This document shows, one piece after another, positions 36,438 to 38,234 of a stretch of DNA of 38,234 nucleotides (position 1 is its first letter; every line of letters starts with the position of its first letter). The DNA comes from Candidatus Woesebacteria bacterium GW2011_GWA1_44_23. GTDB lineage: Bacteria > Patescibacteriota > Microgenomatia > UBA8517. A model generated the notes under the pieces. That model searched no databases. It worked only from the letters and a program-made list of their open reading frames with translations, and was not told the DNA's origin. The position numbers and the translations under genes are program-made. The stretch is taken from the NCBI GenBank assembly GCA_001001045.1, contig LCIL01000008.1:1-38234 (forward strand), in the 5' to 3' direction.

Positions 36438-38234
36438 ATGTTAATACCTATCAGCTGGCTTAAAGAATATGTGGAAATCAAGTTACCCCTGAAGGATCTT
36501 ATGTGGAAAATGACCGAAGCCGGGCTTACTTGCGAAACTGCCAAGAAAGTCGGAGGGGAAGTAATAATGGATGTTGAAGTTACCGCCAACAGACCCGACT
36601 GGATGAGCATTCTCGGAGTTGCCAGGGAGGTTGCCGCAATACAAGGGTTGAAAGTAAAAGAGCCAAAGATCGGGAATATGCCTTCCCAAACGGCCAATTT
36701 TCCGATTGATCTTATGCCGGACTACCGTCTTTTTGAACGCTGGACCGGAATTGTTATCAAAGGAATTTCCATAGCTCCTTCTCCCGAATGGCTGAAAGAA
36801 AGGATTGTCTCTATGGGGCATACTCCGATAAATAACGTCATCGATATTACAAATTATGTTATGTATGAACTGGGGATTCCCATGCACGCTTTTGATTACG
36901 ACGAAATTTACGGACAGGTCATGAATCTTCAGTTGTCCGCAGGGGGGGAGAAATTTACCTCGGTTGACGGCATTGAATATACGCTTCCCAAAGACGCGAT
37001 GATAATAAAAGACGCAGAACGCCTTATCGATTTGGCCGGGATCAAGGGGGGCCTTAATTCGGGAATTAAAGAAACAACCAAAAATATTTTTCTGCATGTG
37101 ACAATCGATAACCCGGTTTTTGTCAGAAGAACTTCTCTTGCAATGGGACTAAGAAGCGATGCTTCGGCGGTTTACGAAAGGGGGCCGGACAAGGGGGGGA
37201 CTCTTAAAAGCCTGACAAGGGCGGTCAACCTGATATTGGATCTTGCCGGAGGAGAGGTTGCATCCAAGCTGATCGATTTGAAAGAAAAAGATTATGAGCC
37301 TACCAAAATGATGCTCGGGTTTGACAAACTTGAAAAAATTTTGGGAATAAAAATTCCGGACTCCGATACGGTCAGGATTCTTTCAAGCCTTAATTTGTCC
37401 CCGAAGGCGGTCAAAACAGGTGTTAGGTGCGTTATACCCACATATAGGGGAGATCTGAAAATCGAAGAGGATCTAACTGAGGAGGTTGCGCGGCTTTACG
37501 GATACAATAGGTTTCCCGCAACGATGCCGGAAGGAAGGGTAAGCGATGAAAAAATCCCGTACTTCTTTGACGACACTTTGATTTTAACCATCAAAAGCCT
37601 CCTTGTCTCCTGCGGATATTCCGAGGCGAAAAATCTTTCGCTTATCTCAAAGGATCTGATTGAGAAATTCGGGCTTAATCCCGCAAAACATTTCAGAATA
37701 GAAAACCCGGTAAGTACGGAATATGAATATATGAGAACTACGCTTATCCCGGGTCTTGTAGCCGCCGTAAAGATAAATTCCGCGGATAACCTGAAGCTTT
37801 TTGAGGTTGATAAGGTCTATTTAAAAAGTGCTAAGGGGGCTGATGAGAGATATAGGGTTGCCGGCATTTATACGGCTGGTTCTTTCAGGGATTTCAAAAC
37901 CGCTATTGATTTATTTTCTTCCAGATTAAATATAGACGGATATTCCGTTGAGTTTGAAACGGATAAACCTTACTTGCACGCTTCCAATGCGGGATCAATC
38001 AAAGCGGCCGGTTCCGTGATCGGCGAATTCGGAGAGGTGGACCCGATGGTACTTGGTTCCCTGGAAATACGCGGAAAAGTTTATTGCTTTGAATTTGATC
38101 TGGACTCTTTGGCCGGTTTGTCAAAGTTTAAAACTTTTTCTGCCATCCCGATTAATCCCGCACAGGTTGAGGATCTGACTTTGACTTTTCCTCCCAAGAC
38201 CAAAATAGGGGAGGTACTTAAACTGATAACCGGT
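36438..38234 (+). CDS. pheT: Phenylalanine--tRNA ligase beta subunit (runs off the window)
   Basis: Manual translation: MLIPISWLKEYV...EVTANRPDWMS..GVARE...NNVIDITNYVM.ELG.PMHAFD...R.DL.IEEDL.EEVAR.YGY. Confidence 0.95.
   Translation, partial: MLIPISWLKEYVEIKLPLKDLMWKMTEAGLTCETAKKVGGEVIMDVEVTANRPDWMSILGVAREVAAIQGLKVKEPKIGNMPSQTANFPIDLMPDYRLFERWTGIVIKGISIAPSPEWLKERIVSMGHTPINNVIDITNYVMYELGIPMHAFDYDEIYGQVMNLQLSAGGEKFTSVDGIEYTLPKDAMIIKDAERLIDLAGIKGGLNSGIKETTKNIFLHVTIDNPVFVRRTSLAMGLRSDASAVYERGPDKGGTLKSLTRAVNLILDLAGGEVASKLIDLKEKDYEPTKMMLGFDKLEKILGIKIPDSDTVRILSSLNLSPKAVKTGVRCVIPTYRGDLKIEEDLTEEVARLYGYNRFPATMPEGRVSDEKIPYFFDDTLILTIKSLLVSCGYSEAKNLSLISKDLIEKFGLNPAKHFRIENPVSTEYEYMRTTLIPGLVAAVKINSADNLKLFEVDKVYLKSAKGADERYRVAGIYTAGSFRDFKTAIDLFSSRLNIDGYSVEFETDKPYLHASNAGSIKAAGSVIGEFGEVDPMVLGSLEIRGKVYCFEFDLDSLAGLSKFKTFSAIPINPAQVEDLTLTFPPKTKIGEVLKLITG

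Overview
A 38 kb bacterial chromosomal segment, most consistent with a Patescibacteria/CPR (Microgenomates-like) genome. That assignment is an inference from the short trigger factor, short PheT, DUF5660-like gene, tRNAs without encoded CCA and apparently leaderless genes. The left end (1-3338) is the edge of an integrated element: a partial VirD4/TraD-like gene, a 121-aa ORF and a large serine recombinase whose stop codon lies inside the T-loop of tRNA-Leu(CAG). The middle holds four tRNAs, a DinB-type polymerase with a small partner gene, many cell-wall and secreted enzymes, and an AT-rich defence island (about 17.2-23.4 kb: Cas4-like nuclease, membrane-anchored Mrr, DUF3800 with an adjacent candidate structured RNA, fused R-M enzyme, RelE/DUF4258-like protein). 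The right end is core translation genes: typA, thrS-infC-rpmI-rplT-pheS-pheT. thrS, pheS and mscL are broken, most likely by assembly errors. Best leads: the DUF3800 gene plus its own small RNA, the tRNA-targeting serine recombinase, a terminator-containing leader RNA upstream of a cell-wall hydrolase, a promoter/start motif repeated before three unrelated island genes, and two type I toxin-like mini-cassettes. All family assignments come from motif recognition, not database searches.
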